63,500 nt of DNA, filler included, from Octopus bimaculoides (GCF_001194135.2; 10 parts of 8 records of this genome joined end to end with filler, not necessarily neighbours in it), one strand, 5' to 3'. Shown: positions 25,913 through 40,550, counted from the first letter of the whole stretch. The notes: generated by a model not told the origin, from the letters alone. Made by a program: numbers and translations.

Positions 25913-27483
25913 TTGGGGTAAATCAAGGAGAAAAGGCAATCTTCAATAGGGAAAAACTTATATTTTAGATGGATAATATGTACAGTACTCTCAATATCAC
26001 CGATTTCAGCAGAATATTTAGACGCCCACACTAGACGAATAGACAATTGTTATAGTTGTATATATGTACAGGATATCTTTAATTATATTCGCTACTTTAG
26101 CAATGCAGCTAAATGAATATATATATATATACATACATACATACATACATACATACACACATACATATATATAAATATATANNNNNNNNNNNNNNNNNNN
26201 NNNNNNNNNNNNNNNNNNNNNNNNNTTAATTAATTAANNNNNNNNNNNNNNNNNNNNNNNNNNNNNNNNNNNNNNNNNNNNATATATATAGCAGGCTCAA
26301 TTAATTTTCACTTCTGTGGAAGAAATATACTCTTCTGGGGCACAAAAAAAAAAAAAACTGCCAAAATTATTTTGTGAAGTTTCTAAACAAATAAAGAAAG
26401 AATTCATAATAAACTCCTTACAGATATTCAAAACCGGATTTAGCTAGAGAAACATAAGATATATTTTTAAACATTTCCGCTTGCTACAGTAATACAATCA
26501 TAACACTGAAGTGGAGCAAATTACTACCCTAGCGTTGAAAGCTGTGAGTATTTGTAAACAGCGATTTGTATAGTAATACATAAACCACGGGCGGATGTAA
26601 CATTAAAATAATTTGTTAAATGCTTACGGGACTAAGGATATTGCTTCGTTTATCTCGTGCAATGTGTGACAACACGAAAAAGAAATAATTCATTTGTTGA
26701 TGAACAAGGAATTGTTTGTTTGGGGGGATTCAAGTTGAAAAATCGACCTAGAAATATTACTGGTATATATTTTCGAAACGAAAATGACAGAAATGCAAAT
26801 AAAAACATATTTTGTAGAGAGATAACGAGAGAGATAGACTGGCATTCAGAAATTCAGGACAGTGAGTTTTTTCTACCCAAGCCTTACAAATGCAACAAGT
26901 AGTAAAGAATTTGGAATTGGGGTGTTGCATTAGAGACTCAGTGTCCTTTATATGATTTTTCCATGTTTAACTAAAGACATTTAATGTGAGACAATGTTTT
27001 CTTTTTCACCAAAGCTGTAGCCTGGTATTTATGTAAAAACAGGTTGTACATTGTTTGGTCTGCAGTCATTTCAGTTTGAAAATTTCATATTAACTTACAA
27101 TTAACAATGCCGGTGGATTACTAGAATATTTAATATGCAATGCAGTATCAGTACCGGTTCTTTGCGGTCTGATTTCAAATCCCACATAATATTCTACGTA
27201 GCCTTTCATCATTCTGAGATCCAAAAAATAAAATATCATTTAAGTCTAACGTTAATTAAAATAGTGTCATTGTGCCCATGTTAGAACGCATTATCTCAGA
27301 AGGAAGTGAATTTGTAGGTAGACGCCTTTCAATGTTATTAAAGTTGTGTTGAAATTTGAGCCGTACTTAATAAAAGGGCCAGTGTCATATTGGTCTTAGG
27401 TTAATTGCCTATATGTTTGTGGCTTTGTATTATGTATGTGTGTCTTCATGCATTCTGTCCGTAAAACTGGTTGCCAAATTTTG

Positions 27484-27679
27484 ACACAAGGTAATTTTGG
27501 TGGAGGATACAAGACGATTACATCGGTCCTGGTGCTCAATTGGTACTTATTTTACAGACCCCCAAAAGCATGAAAGCCAAAGTCGGTATCGGCGGGATTT
27601 GAACCCGGAACACGAAGACGGACAAAATACCGCTGAACATTCTGCTCGGCATGATAACGATTCGGCCAGCACGCCGCCT
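27484..27679 (-). mobile_element. SINE family B copy
   Basis: Aligns to 6950-7153. Confidence 0.8.
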
Positions 27680-27713
27680 TCATTTCTGCTCGTAATAATA
27701 ATTCATTGGTTAA

Positions 27714-27914
27714 GGCGGCGAGCTGGCAGAATCGTTAGCACACTGGGCAAAATGCTTAGCAGTATTTCGTCTGCCTGCACGTTCTGCGTTCAAATTCCGC
27801 CGAGATCGTCTTTGCCTTTAATTCTTTCGGGGGTCGATAAATTAAGTACCAGCTGAACACGGGGGTCAATGCAATCGACTGGCACCCTGCCCCAAAATTT
27901 CCGGCCTTGTGCCA
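27714..27914 (+). mobile_element. SINE family B copy
   Basis: ggcggcgagctggcagaatcgttagcac..gttcaaattccgccgag. Confidence 0.85.
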
Positions 27915-27951
27915 AAATTGGAAACCAATATTAATTGATTGGTTTCTATGA

Positions 27952-28144
27952 AAGGCATACGACCTGAAAATTTATGGGAGGCGTAAGTCGATTACATCGG
28001 CTTAAGTGATACTTATTTTATCATCTCCGAAACGATCAAAGGAAAAGTCGACTTCGGTGGAATTTGAACGCAGATCGTAAAGACGGGCGAAATACTGCCA
28101 ACCCTTTCGCCCGGCGTGCTAACGATTCTGTCAGCTCGCCGCCT
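27952..28144 (-). mobile_element. SINE family B copy (an extra tail fragment lies at 28172-28240)
   Basis: Reverse complement of 27714-27914. Confidence 0.8.
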
Positions 28145-30857
28145 TAGCAGTCAGTTAATATTATTTTTTACTTTTGGCACAAGGCCCGAAATTTTTGGGG
28201 AGGGGGCCAGTCGATTAGATCGACTCAACTACGCAACTGGTACTGGAAAGCAGAGCATGCCACCAAAGTGATACTGGGGTAAAATATCTACCCCTATCGG
28301 GCTCTCTCACCCAATAATAGTAATAATCACGTAATATAAATAAAACATTAAATGTTTTGGTGCGTGACTTTTAGCCTACGATGTATATAAAGCTATACCA
28401 GTGTACATTGTGTAAAATAAACTTAGTCTATACATATATACAACACACAATATGAGATTAATTAGGATTATTCTCTTCTGGTGCTGATTCAATTTCGTCT
28501 GTCAGAAACAGGTGTTTTTTGGCAAACGTAATCTGAACATAATCACCATTGAATTTCTCTGTAATTTCCTTTAAAATATGTGATTAATGGAATGTAAATG
28601 AAACTTTTTACTAACAATATAATAGTAAAATAATTAACTCAGCAACAATATATATGCTTGTTTGTGTATTTGCGAGTGTGTATGCATATGATTATATGCA
28701 TATGTACGTAGATATATATATGTATATATCTCAATATATATATGTGTGTGTATGTGTGTGTGTCTGTGTGTGTGTATATGTATAATGGCGATGCCCCAGC
28801 ATGGCCGAAGCTTCAAGGGTGAAACATATAAAAGAAAACAGAACATATGTATATGGATATATATATATTATATGAATATATGTGAGTATATATATCTATA
28901 TGTATGTATATATTCAATTTTTTAGGATTAATCGATATGCGGGTATTCTATTTCAGATAATACAAAAAATAGCCTAATGAGTATATCTGAAAGTAAACTA
29001 ATGGTATCATTTTGCGCATCACGAAATAATACTAATGAAATTAGAAAAGAATATCCCATCACTACCAGCCCTTTAAAAATTCCAATTTACGTAAGTATAC
29101 AGGCTTAAGTAAATATATATGGGAATTAAAATCTAGCAAAAGAGAGTATACCTTTAATTGAAGTATTATAGGTAGAGCCCACTCCTATAACATTGGGAAT
29201 AAAATGTGTTTAGTATGCATAACAGAATTTATAAAACCACTAGAGTCCAGAGATGAATTATTAAACACATATGAGGAACGAGGAGTGAAATGTAGGCACC
29301 GAAGTAATTTTACATTTAGTAAAATGAAGTACTGAACCCCCAACCCCTGAAACAAATAACCACATACTTTTATTTCTAAAGCACTTGAGTAGACTATATA
29401 AATAAAAACTAATGCAATAATTAAAATAAATATATAAATTAAATATTACTAAACTTATATAATAACAAATTATATACATCTCCCAATATAGGTAAATTTG
29501 AAAATAATAATAGAGGATAATTTAAAATTAAAACTATGTATAGTGTAATTAGCCCCCTTGGTACTAATTATTTATAAATACCCATAGTTCCCTGCTATTT
29601 TCTTCCTTTAATCACCATTTTAGTACCAGCAAAAGAAAAAATGGAAGATATGTATTTGAATTTTTCTTGTTATATATCACATTTACACACAGACATTTTT
29701 ATTCTGATGTATAATCTTATATCTCACATTCTGTATTTGACATATACTTAATTTAACATGATTGATATATATACAAATTCATATTTATAATGCATAATTT
29801 CTAAATTTTAATTCTTAATATTACAAAGTATAATTTTAATTTTTAATTCTTAACTTTTAATCTTTAATGCTTAATTGTATTACTTATTTTTTAAAGGGAT
29901 GTAAAATTAGATATATAATATTTTGAAAAAGAACCTGATAATGCGTTGGAATAATTTTAAATCTGACGATTGCATATATGTATATATATATATATNNNNN
30001 NNNNNNNNNNNNNNNNNNNNNNNNNNNNNNNNNNNNNNNTTAATTAATTAANNNNNNNNNNNNNNNNNNNNNNNNNNNNNNNNNNNNNNNNNNNNTATAT
30101 ATATATATATATATATGGATATATATGTACATGAATGTATGAATATATATTTTTTATTTCACACATCAAATTTCTGTAAGCTTCTAATCCCTCATCCATC
30201 AGATTTCTTTTTTGTTATCGCTTTACATCATTTCTTAAAGTTGGAAATAGTTTGTAATAGGAAACTCGAATGTGAATAGAATATTCTTAAATTCTGTTGC
30301 CACTAGAGGAGTTGAGACTGATTATAGAAAATTATGTGCGTATATACATACATAGGCGTGAAGGAACGTATATATGTAGGTATGTTTAGCTAAGCTAGCT
30401 AAGACAACTCTCATACACATATGAATAGATATATATCTACACAGGTACATATATACATATATACATACATGCTCACACTCACACACATATGCATGTATAT
30501 ATTCAAAGGAATATTTACTCTCTTGCATAAGAACATGCATGTATACGACCAAGCACACAAGCATACATAATTCCATCATACTTAGATACATATAAGACAT
30601 ACATACATACATATATGAACATATACATTTGAAATTTATGCGTACACATTTACAGCTATAGATACTCAATACCTAAGCATACACATGTACATCTTGATAC
30701 ATGTATGCATGTATGCCAGTATACATTTATTTATTTATGTAGCTTGGTGACTGAAGCTTTGTACACGTCACAGTCTATTAGCGACGCAGGCGTGTTTTTG
30801 TGTGTTTGCGTGAACATATGAATTGTTTGGAAAGGAAATTTACCAACGTTTATTTCA

Positions 30858-31224
30858 ATGGCTTCTGGATCACACAAATCTTCACATCCTGTTGAATTCT
30901 CTGAGGAGAAGAAGGTGAAACTTGTAAATAATACTATAGTAGAATTGTTTCAATATCAACTGGAGGATTCTGTAATTCCTGTTTATTTTAGGTAAGAAAA
31001 TATTCTGTTGGAATATCATCGAATAATGGAAGCTCACTAATGGACGACATGTCATGACATTACTCACCGCTTTATCGCAGCTGTGTATCTTTATATAATG
31101 GATCAGTTATATGACATTATTGTACTGGATTGTTTATAAAGTAGTTAAATGGAATTTATATATTCTAATTCTTTTATACTTTTACAGATTGAGAGCCCTC
31201 AGCTCGGGTGCTGCAGACACGTGA
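30858..31224 (+). CDS. Candidate two-exon small ORF (30858-30991 + 31188-31224, 56 aa), function unknown
   Basis: ATG-initiated open frame, AG|GTAAGA donor, 196-nt intron with TTCTAAT branch-like site and cttttatacttttacag acceptor. Spliced peptide MASGSHKSSHPVEFSEEKKVKLVNNTIVELFQYQLEDSVIPVYFRLRALSSGAADT*. No homology recognised. Confidence 0.25.
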
Positions 31225-31507
31225 TTAGAATATCACAAGATGGATTCTTCAAGCCGAGCCAACCGTCAGGAAACCTAGGTGTAGATCAAGAATAAGATGG
31301 TTGAATGATAGTCATTGTCTCAGTTGACCACGTTTGGCAATCTAGATGGAAAGTGTAATAACAGTTGCTTCAGATAGGACATTGATGCTTTGTGACCTCT
31401 TTTTGTTATGGTTGGTCCACATTATTCCGTAAGGAACATAGTCCCGGATTTCCGGTTTCTGTGGCGTATATATTCCTCCTTGGAGAGGACGACGATCTGT
31501 CGCAGGA

Positions 31508-31655
31508 TTACTCATTTTTGCCAATTGACTCGACTGGAGCATCGTGAAATGAAGTGTTTTGCTCACGAACACAACGTGTCGCCCGGTCCAGGAATCGAAA
31601 CCACAATCTTACAACCATGAATCCAACACCCTGACCACTAAGCCACGTGCCTCCA
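31508..31655 (-). mobile_element. tRNA-derived SINE family D (a degenerate copy lies at ~41735-41836)
   Basis: rc: ggaggcacgtggcttagtggtcagggtgttgga..ggtttcgattcctggaccgggcg..gagcaaaacacttcatttcac. Confidence 0.8.
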
Positions 31656-31887
31656 CTATCGCTAAGTCATGTATTTTCACTAAGCACCTCTTACGACCCG
31701 CACTAATTTACACTATTGTACAGGTATCTGTATTTCATGTGATTATTTAAGCAAATTTAATATTTGTTTAATTTAGAATGTGTTTCGAAAAAATCGGTAA
31801 TCCGGGAAGACTCTGGAACAAAAGTTTCCGGAAAATCGATGGGATACCTTTAATTAGGTTTTAACAAAACACTGAAATAGTTGCTGT

Positions 31888-32107
31888 TATTGGCTTCAAA
31901 TTTTGGCAAAAAGCCAGGAATTTTGGGGAAGGCTGCTAGTCAATTACATCGATCCCAGTATTCAACTTGTACTTAATTTATTGACCCTCCGGAAGGATGA
32001 AAGGCAAAGTCGACCTCGTCGGAATTTGAACCCAGAATGTGCAGATAGACGAAATACCGCTAAGCATTTTGCCCGGCGTGCTAACGATTCTACCAGCTTG
32101 CCGCCTA
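31888..32107 (-). mobile_element. SINE family B copy
   Basis: Aligns to 6950-7153. Confidence 0.85.
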
Positions 32108-33536
32108 AATGGTTGCTGCTATTAATGTTGAATGTTGATTTAGCGAAAGCAACATAAAGACACATTAAAATAACGATTGATTTTTATATATAATGGTTAT
32201 ATCAGGTCTTCTTATACAGTCGATATCTTAAACTTCTGTCATTTCCATGCCCCTACTAATACACTTTTTGAAAAGCTACATCTTCAGCTAATCTTGTTTA
32301 CTCGTATATTGCATAAGAAATAGCTTCCATATTCAGAATAATAAGTAGAAACTAAGCCTGTTGCATTAAACAGTAACGAAACCTTTGATAAAAGCGCAAA
32401 TCTATGGATTACGATTATACTTAATCACTCTTGAGTTGGAAATTCTCTCACAACTCATAACATTATCCTGCAGTAATTAAATGAATAACATGAGATGTAT
32501 CTAATTTTGCTGTATATTATTTAGTGTTGCTTGTTTTAAGCTTAACGAAATCTGACGAGACTTCAAGAAAGGTAAAAAAAATACACGTACGTTTGCCGTT
32601 ATTAAAGCTGTTACGACCGCTCGTTTTATTATTAGAAAAACGGATTTAACAGTTTCGTTTATGTGATTCGTCTTGGTAACAACTCTGAAGAACTCTCATA
32701 TTATTTTTTTCCAGTTATAAGTGGGAAGATTTGAAACCGGTTCTGCGAGTACACGACTCAATCACGAAGTGCTGCAAGCAGAGAGCAAACATTTACGTAT
32801 GATTTACTTGTCATACGTTTCCTTTCGTTAGTCTTTTATCTGCCTGTGTATTACATGTAATACAGAGGACATATTTCACCGGCCTCTATGCATCGTATAT
32901 GATTCACATTCCCATTTTTTTTTCAACCACCAGAATTACTTGGGACCTACGAAAAGAAACTTTTATGTTACCCCAGAATCTATGAAACAAGGGTTAACTA
33001 AATGTCTGAAAACAAGCTATGAAAACTTATGAAAACGCCTTGCACCAGACAAAGGGTTAAGTCAGACAAATGTTTTAGAAGTACATTTAGACCAACGATA
33101 CAACTGTATTTTCTAGTGAAGTAAAACCATTATACAGACCGGTGATTCTGGAAAGTGGATACTTGTAAAAGAAAATGGGATTAAGTACGCATGTACTATT
33201 AATGTACTTAGAAGGCAATGTTTGTGTATGAGTGTGTGAGTGAGTGTGCATGCGATATTTAGTAATGCTAAAATGGCTGCTATTCTGTTCATAGATTTGA
33301 AAGTAGCTTAACACGAGTTGCCTACCTTGCGAAAATCTACCGGCTTTGATATACGTACTAACACATACGCACTATCTTGTAGGCAGCTACACCCACAAAC
33401 ACACGCATGTGACTACGTGAGCCGTCGTGTATTATATTGCAGATGGATCGTATTTTTATCCGTCGACCTGGACCTACATTCTGCCTTCTTTCTCGCTTCT
33501 TACTCCGCCTCCGCTTCTATCGTACAATTTCACGAT

Positions 33537-33567
<31 letters not shown>

Positions 33568-33580
33568 TGTATATATATGT

Positions 33581-33629
<49 letters not shown>

Positions 33630-34385
33630 CATATATATATATATATATACATACATAGCTACATACAAATATATACATATATATATGCATATATACATAA
33701 CCTGCCTGATAGTTATCTCAATTACGTATATGTGTTTGCTTATCTATCTATCTATCTATCTTATCCTCCCGACCATCTCTATCATTTTAACGAATAAAAA
33801 CAAACGCCTGCTTCACTGAATGACATTTTGTTTATTTTCATAATTCACCCAAGGTTAATGCAACGACTGTAGAATGATACAAAAACAGGCAGCGTGAAAT
33901 ATCCACACTCTTATTTCTTGAAAGCAAGCAAACAAATGTTGAGAGAAAAGGAACGTGTTTCGAGTTGCAAAATATTTAGTTTTGTCTAATTTTCTTCTTA
34001 CTTCTTCCAAAATTCGTCAGCAGACGATAGGTAATGAACGATAATTGAAACCTCACTTACATAGGTGTCAAAATCACACAGTTAAGAGATGAAGATAACG
34101 AATAAGATACATTTCAGTAAATGCTTTGTTTTATTTTTCCTTTTTCCTTTTCAACTGGTGATCGAATTCGTTTGGTGTATTCGGTTGCCCGTGATTGATC
34201 TTAAATTTACCATACAGTCTACTTTTATTTTTCTATTTTACGTTTTAAATTTGCTACGTTTATAGGAAGAGGCCAGTGTACTCATAGTAGTTTTGCAGTT
34301 CGTCCGAGACTTGTGAGATTTGATGCTGTTAATGAGGCATGTATACTGTTGCAAGTTGACATGTGAAGGAAAAGACGTGAGTAGG

Positions 34386-34474
<89 letters not shown>

Positions 34475-34475
34475 G

Positions 34476-34590
34476 GTACTAGGATTATAAAGAATAAATC
34501 CTGGAGTCGGTTTCTTCGACTAAAACCTTTGAAGGCGGTGATTTAGCATGGCCGCCGTCAAATGACTGAAACAAGTAAAAAAATAAAAGA
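34476..34590 (+). mobile_element. SINE family A 3' module fragment (a similar fragment lies at ~40590-40675)
   Basis: gtactagg..aagaataa..cgactaaaa..aaggcggtg..gcatggccg..caaatgactgaaacaagtaaaa. Confidence 0.7.
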
Positions 34591-34604
34591 GTGTACACAC
34601 ACAT

Positions 34605-34653
<49 letters not shown>

Positions 34654-36133
34654 TGTATGATCGCTCTTTCAACAGTTGGATCGACGCGGAACAATTCATT
34701 CGTATTTATTGTAGCTTATGTGTAGAACCGTAGGTTTCTTTCTTCGGAGCTGACGACGACGACGACGATGACGATATTCTCCGAGCATAAAGAAATTTTA
34801 GTCGAAGCTACTTATATATATATATTTTATATAGAATTAACAAAAAAATATATTTCCAAGAGAAACATCCCCCACCCACTAAAATCCCCCAAAACAAAAC
34901 GAAATCCAAGCTGAAGAAGTGAATGGTTGCCAAGAGGTTTCTTCTCACATTTTGAAGAGGAGATAGAAGAAGATGATAGAAAAAGTTAAATGAAAATCTA
35001 AGAAGCTTTATTAATTTCATTTCCCAATGTCTACGACATTAACAGACTAAATTGCTTTATGCCCCTCTAGCCCTTCAGAAATTCGACCCAATCTTTTCTC
35101 GCCCTTACCCCACGCATCATTCTACGAAATGCATACCAGCATTCTTTCACAGAATTGCAGAGTAACAATCTGCAATTCAATCCATTGTTTCCAGAACTGA
35201 CTGTAACGTAATCTTTCTTTCCTAAAACTGCAACTAGATACATCTATCTTGGAACGGCAATTTAATTCTACCTATAAGCTGTAATATTAGCATCTTTCAC
35301 CACCATCAGCCAGAAATACAAATTAACCTTTATTCCTCTGAGTTGGAAACAAAGGATTCCGATCTTGAACTTTAATATAATCCTTCGGCCACAGAACTAT
35401 CGTTTATCGAACAGTTAGTAGTCCCATAAATGGTAAGGCTAGAGTTACGACAAAAAGAAACTTCAGGTGAAAAAAATGTGTATAATCTACTTATATTAAA
35501 TTTATGTATGTATATATAAATATATCTTATATTTCTGAAGAAGGGAGGCAAAGAAAGAGAAACAAGTGACGCCATAGGTGATAACGACGTGAAAAGTTTC
35601 AAAAATTACCCCATTTTAATTTTGGTTTCTTCGAGATTTAAACTTTAAAATTGATCTGGCCAAAATTTTAATTCTGAGGAAAAAAGACCAACCTATTCTC
35701 AATCAAACACATACGCATACAGACATATACACACATACATACATATTCAGTTACAAAGATTGGCCCTGTGCCTAGACAATCATTTTGTTAGTTTTCTTTA
35801 TTATTTTCGTGTCGTCTGCTGTCCTGCTAAAACATCAATCATCGTCTGAAAGTATGCGTTTGTGTGAATACATGTACGTGTGTGTGTGTATGTGCGTGTG
35901 TGTGTGATTGTGTGTGTATGTATGTGTGTATATATATATATATATATGTGTGTGTTTGTACTTTTGTATGTGCCTTTGTGTGTGTATATGTACGTGTTTG
36001 CACAGGCGTGTATGCGTGAATTCGTGCTTGTGCATGTGTGTATGTGTGGTTTGGTATGTGCATATACGATTATGCATATGTGATTGTATGTTTGTGTGTG
36101 CTTTCGTATGTATATACATAATTATGTTTGAGT

Positions 36134-36183
<50 letters not shown>

Positions 36184-37178
36184 NNNNNNNNNNNNNNNNN
36201 NNNNNNNNNNNNNNNNNNNNNNNNNNNNNNNNNNNNNNNNNNNNNNNNNNNNNNNNNNNNNNNNNNNNNNNNNNNNNNNNNNNNNNNNNNNNNNNNNNNN
36301 NNNNNNNNNNNNNNNNNNNNNNNNNNNNNNNNNNNNNNNNNNNNNNNNNNNNNNNNNNNNNNNNNNNNNNNNNNNNNNNNNNNNNNNNNNNNNNNNNNNN
36401 NNNNNNNNNNNNNNNNNNNNNNNNNNNNNNNNNNNNNNNNNNNNNNNNNNNNNNNNNNNNNNNNNNNNNNNNNNNNNNNNNNNNNNNNNNNNNNNNNNNN
36501 NNNNNNNNNNNNNNNNNNNNNNNNNNNNNNNNNNNNNNNNNNNNNNNNNNNNNNNNNNNNNNNNNNNNNNNNNNNNNNNNNNNNNNNNNNNNNNNNNNNN
36601 NNNNNNNNNNNNNNNNNNNNNNNNNNNNNNNNNNNNNNNNNNNNNNNNNNNNNNNNNNNNNNNNNNNNNNNNNNNNNNNNNNNNNNNNNNNNNNNNNNNN
36701 NNNNNNNNNNNNNNNNNNNNNNNNNNNNNNNNNNNNNNNNNNNNNNNNNNNNNNNNNNNNNNNNNNNNNNNNNNNNNNNNNNNNNNNNNNNNNNNNNNNN
36801 NNNNNNNNNNNNNNNNNNNNNNNNNNNNNNNNNNNNNNNNNNNNNNNNNNNNNNNNNNNNNNNNNNNNNNNNNNNNNNNNNNNNNNNNNNNNNNNNNNNN
36901 NNNNNNNNNNNNNNNNNNNNNNNNNNNNNNNNNNNNNNNNNNNNNNNNNNNNNNNNNNNNNNNNNNNNNNNNNNNNNNNNNNNNNNNNNNNNNNNNNNNN
37001 NNNNNNNNNNNNNNNNNNNNNNNNNNNNNNNNNNNNNNNNNNNNNNNNNNNNNNNNNNNNNNNNNNNNNNNNNNNNNNNNNNNNNNNNNNNNNNNNNNNN
37101 NNNNNNNNNNNNNNNNNNNNNNNNNNNNNNNNNNNNNNNNNNNNNNNNNNNNNNNNNNNNNNNNNNNNNNNNNNNNNN

Positions 37179-37232
37179 ATACTGCTAAGCATTTCACCCA
37201 GCGTGCTAACGATTCTGCTAGCTCGCCACCTT
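37179..37232 (-). mobile_element. SINE family B head beside a gap (a tail fragment lies at 38010-38092)
   Basis: gctaagcatttcacccagcgtgctaacgattctgctagctcgccacc. Confidence 0.75.
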
Positions 37233-37259
37233 AATAATAATAATAATAATAATAATAAC

Positions 37260-37323
<64 letters not shown>

Positions 37324-37942
37324 GCCCTGATGCAGTACCAAGCAGTACCTCATTGGCTGCCTTCTCTGATGCAAACTGAGCGGTTGTTACGATTCCGTCT
37401 TTTAAACTTAATACTTCTAATCCGGAGAAAGTTACGTTGCTGCAAGCAATGTTACAAGCAGAGAAGAGTCACGTTAAAGCAAGTTGTTGCTTGCTTGCAA
37501 CAGATATAACAAACAAGCCTGAAATGCAGATATTGATAAACGTATGTTTTGAAGAATAAATATTTACGCATTGCAAAATAATAATAATTAAAAAAAAAAA
37601 AACAGTTAGGAGTGAAGCTTTGACGCTCATTCAACTTTTACCAAAATGGTAATTAAGTGAAGTGGAATAGATATTAGAAGAATTAGAAGACGGGGTGCAA
37701 ACAAACATGGCTGCTGGGAAACTTAACATCCTCTAACACCAACGCTAACAACACCACANNNNNNNNNNTTCTTCTTCTTCTTCTTCTTCTTCTTCTTCTC
37801 CTCCTCCTCCTCCGCCTCTTCCTCCTCCTCCTCTTCTTACATCCGCCTCGTTCTTGTCATCGCCAGCGACGAAAACGTTTAATAAAGCTCTTATATTGCT
37901 AATTCTAATAAAGAAACTATAATACCGTCATGCAACTGTTAG

Positions 37943-38009
<67 letters not shown>

Positions 38010-38192
38010 TAGGCACAAGGCCTGAAATTTTGGGGGAGAGGTTAAGTCAAATACATCAACCCCGATATTCAACTGGTACTTAATTTTCGACCNNNNNNNN
38101 NNNNNNNNNNNNNNNNNNNNNNNNNNNNNNNNNNNNTTAATTAATTAANNNNNNNNNNNNNNNNNNNNNNNNNNNNNNNNNNNNNNNNNNNN

Positions 38193-38237
<45 letters not shown>

Positions 38238-38353
38238 TCTTATATATATATATATTTATGCATATATAGTAATAGATACATACATATGGAGAGATAGATA
38301 TCAACTTATGGCAAATGGAGTTTATTAATGTATAAATATACATATATATGCAT

Positions 38354-38416
<63 letters not shown>

Positions 38417-39019
38417 AAGAGAGAGAGAGAGAGAGAGAGAGAGATAATATGTGTGTGTGTATGTGTATGTATACATATATATATATATAAGTATATAATT
38501 ATATCCATATATTCGTCCGGTTATACATGTATATTTATGTGCATGTATGTATGTTTGTATCAAATTGTACATAGACTCAGTGAGCATAGAATCTATGGCT
38601 GCTCATGCTATTGCTAAAGAAACAGCACTCATGCATATATTTATAAACATATATACATGCATGCATACATACACACACATACATACATACGTATGTATAT
38701 ATATGTATGTATATATATTTTATTACATGCTTATATATACACGTATATACATATATATAAATATACACATACATATGCATGCATGTGTGTGTATGCGTAT
38801 GTAGGTAGTTTGTGAACGTTTGAAACTGTGTTTGTGCATGTGTGTATGTCTACATGTAAATTTTATTCTTCAATTCAATATTTTTATTAATAAACTCCTT
38901 TTGCCATATTACTCTTAACAGACAACTTAAAATCATGTTGTCTTGTCTCTAATGCATGAGTCTATGAAAGAGTGAAAACTGAAGCTGCGTTAGACAGAAT
39001 GGTGAACGTACAATCATAC

Positions 39020-39058
<39 letters not shown>

Positions 39059-39175
39059 CTTCAGACATCCACATCCCTGAATATTGTTGTCTGCACACAC
39101 ACACACACACAGACACACATAGTCATAGATAAGAACACAAGGAGAATATCAATCACACACATACATCCGCATAAG

Positions 39176-39333
39176 GTGAAGGCGTGGCTTTGTAGTGAAA
39201 AGCTTGCTTCCCAACCACATAGTTCTGGGTTCAGACCCACTGCGTGGCACCTTGTGCAAATGTTTTATACTATAGCCTCATTCCGACCAAAGCTTTGTAA
39301 CTGAATTTGATAGGCAGAAACTGGAGGAAGCCT
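39176..39333 (+). mobile_element. SINE family A copy
   Basis: Aligns to the reverse complement of 12600-12762. Confidence 0.8.
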
Positions 39334-39339
39334 CAGTTG

Positions 39340-39381
<42 letters not shown>

Positions 39382-40074
39382 NNNNNNNNNNNNNNNNNNN
39401 NNNNNNNNNNNNNNNNNNNNNNNNNNNNNNNNNNNNNNNNNNNNNNNNNNNNNNNNNNNNNNNNNNNNNNNNNNNNNNNNNNNNNNNNNNNNNNNNNNNN
39501 NNNNNNNNNNNNNNNNNNNNNNNNNNNNNNNNNNNNNNNNNNNNNNNNNNNNNNNNNNNNNNNNNNNNNNNNNNNNNNNNNNNNNNNNNNNNNNNNNNNN
39601 NNNNNNNNNNNNNNNNNNNNNNNNNNNNNNNNNNNNNNNNNNNNNNNNNNNNNNNNNNNNNNNNNNNNNNNNNNNNNNNNNNNNNNNNNNNNNNNNNNNN
39701 NNNNNNNNNNNNNNNNNNNNNNNNNNNNNNNNNNNNNNNNNNNNNNNNNNNNNNNNNNNNNNNNNNNNNNNNNNNNNNNNNNNNNNNNNNNNNNNNNNNN
39801 NNNNNNNNNNNNNNNNNNNNNNNNNNNNNNNNNNNNNNNNNNNNNNNNNNNNNNNNNNNNNNNNNNNNNNNNNNNNNNNNNNNNNNNNNNNNNNNNNNNN
39901 NNNNNNNNNNNNNNNNNNNNNNNNNNNNNNNNNNNNNNNNNNNNNNNNNNNNNNNNNNNNNNNNNNNNNNNNNNNNNNNNNNNNNNNNNNNNNNNNNNNN
40001 NNNNNNNNNNNNNNNNNNNNNNNNNNNNNNNNNNNNNNNNNNNNNNNNNNNNNNNNNNNNNNNNNNNNNNNNNN

Positions 40075-40550
40075 TGGCATGTAAAAAATGCTACAGAACC
40101 GCTATTATTAGAAGTAAGAAGATCAGGCTTGTGTAGGATGGAAGATTGAGAAGATAAAGCATTATACAAGCATTTGAGAATCAATGAAAATGAAAATAGG
40201 TAGATAAAGAAAAGAATGCATGAACAATTTCATAGGGATATTGAAGATAAGACAGACAGAGAAAAAACAGATGGCTATCGATGACTAAAATTCATTTAGA
40301 ACTGGAAACGGAGGCTCTAATGTTTGCTACCCAAGAACAAACATTAATGACCAAGTACAACAATTACAGAATAGACAACACGTCAGAGAGTGACAGGTGC
40401 AGAACTTTTGGACAAAATGGTGAAACCGTATGGCATATTGCCAGTCAATGTACGCTGTTTTCCCAGAAAGAATATAAGAGACGTCATGACAATATAGCAA
40501 GGATTATCCATTGGACACTTTGCAACAAGTATGGACTTGACAGAGCCTGA
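40075..40550 (+). mobile_element. Second, diverged copy of the same R4/Dong-like element (CCHC region)
   Basis: Aligns to 50966-51430; CRTFGQNGETVWHIASQC, RRHDNIARIIHW. Confidence 0.85.

Noticed and set aside
26657-26902. ORF containing SFVDEQGIVCLGGFKLKN, faintly like a BEL/Pao linker motif
   Set aside because: A single short motif with no supporting domains or LTRs.
32548-32750. CTGACGA..GAAA and CTGAAGA..GAAACCGGT hammerhead-like words
   Set aside because: Helix I and helix II cannot be formed.
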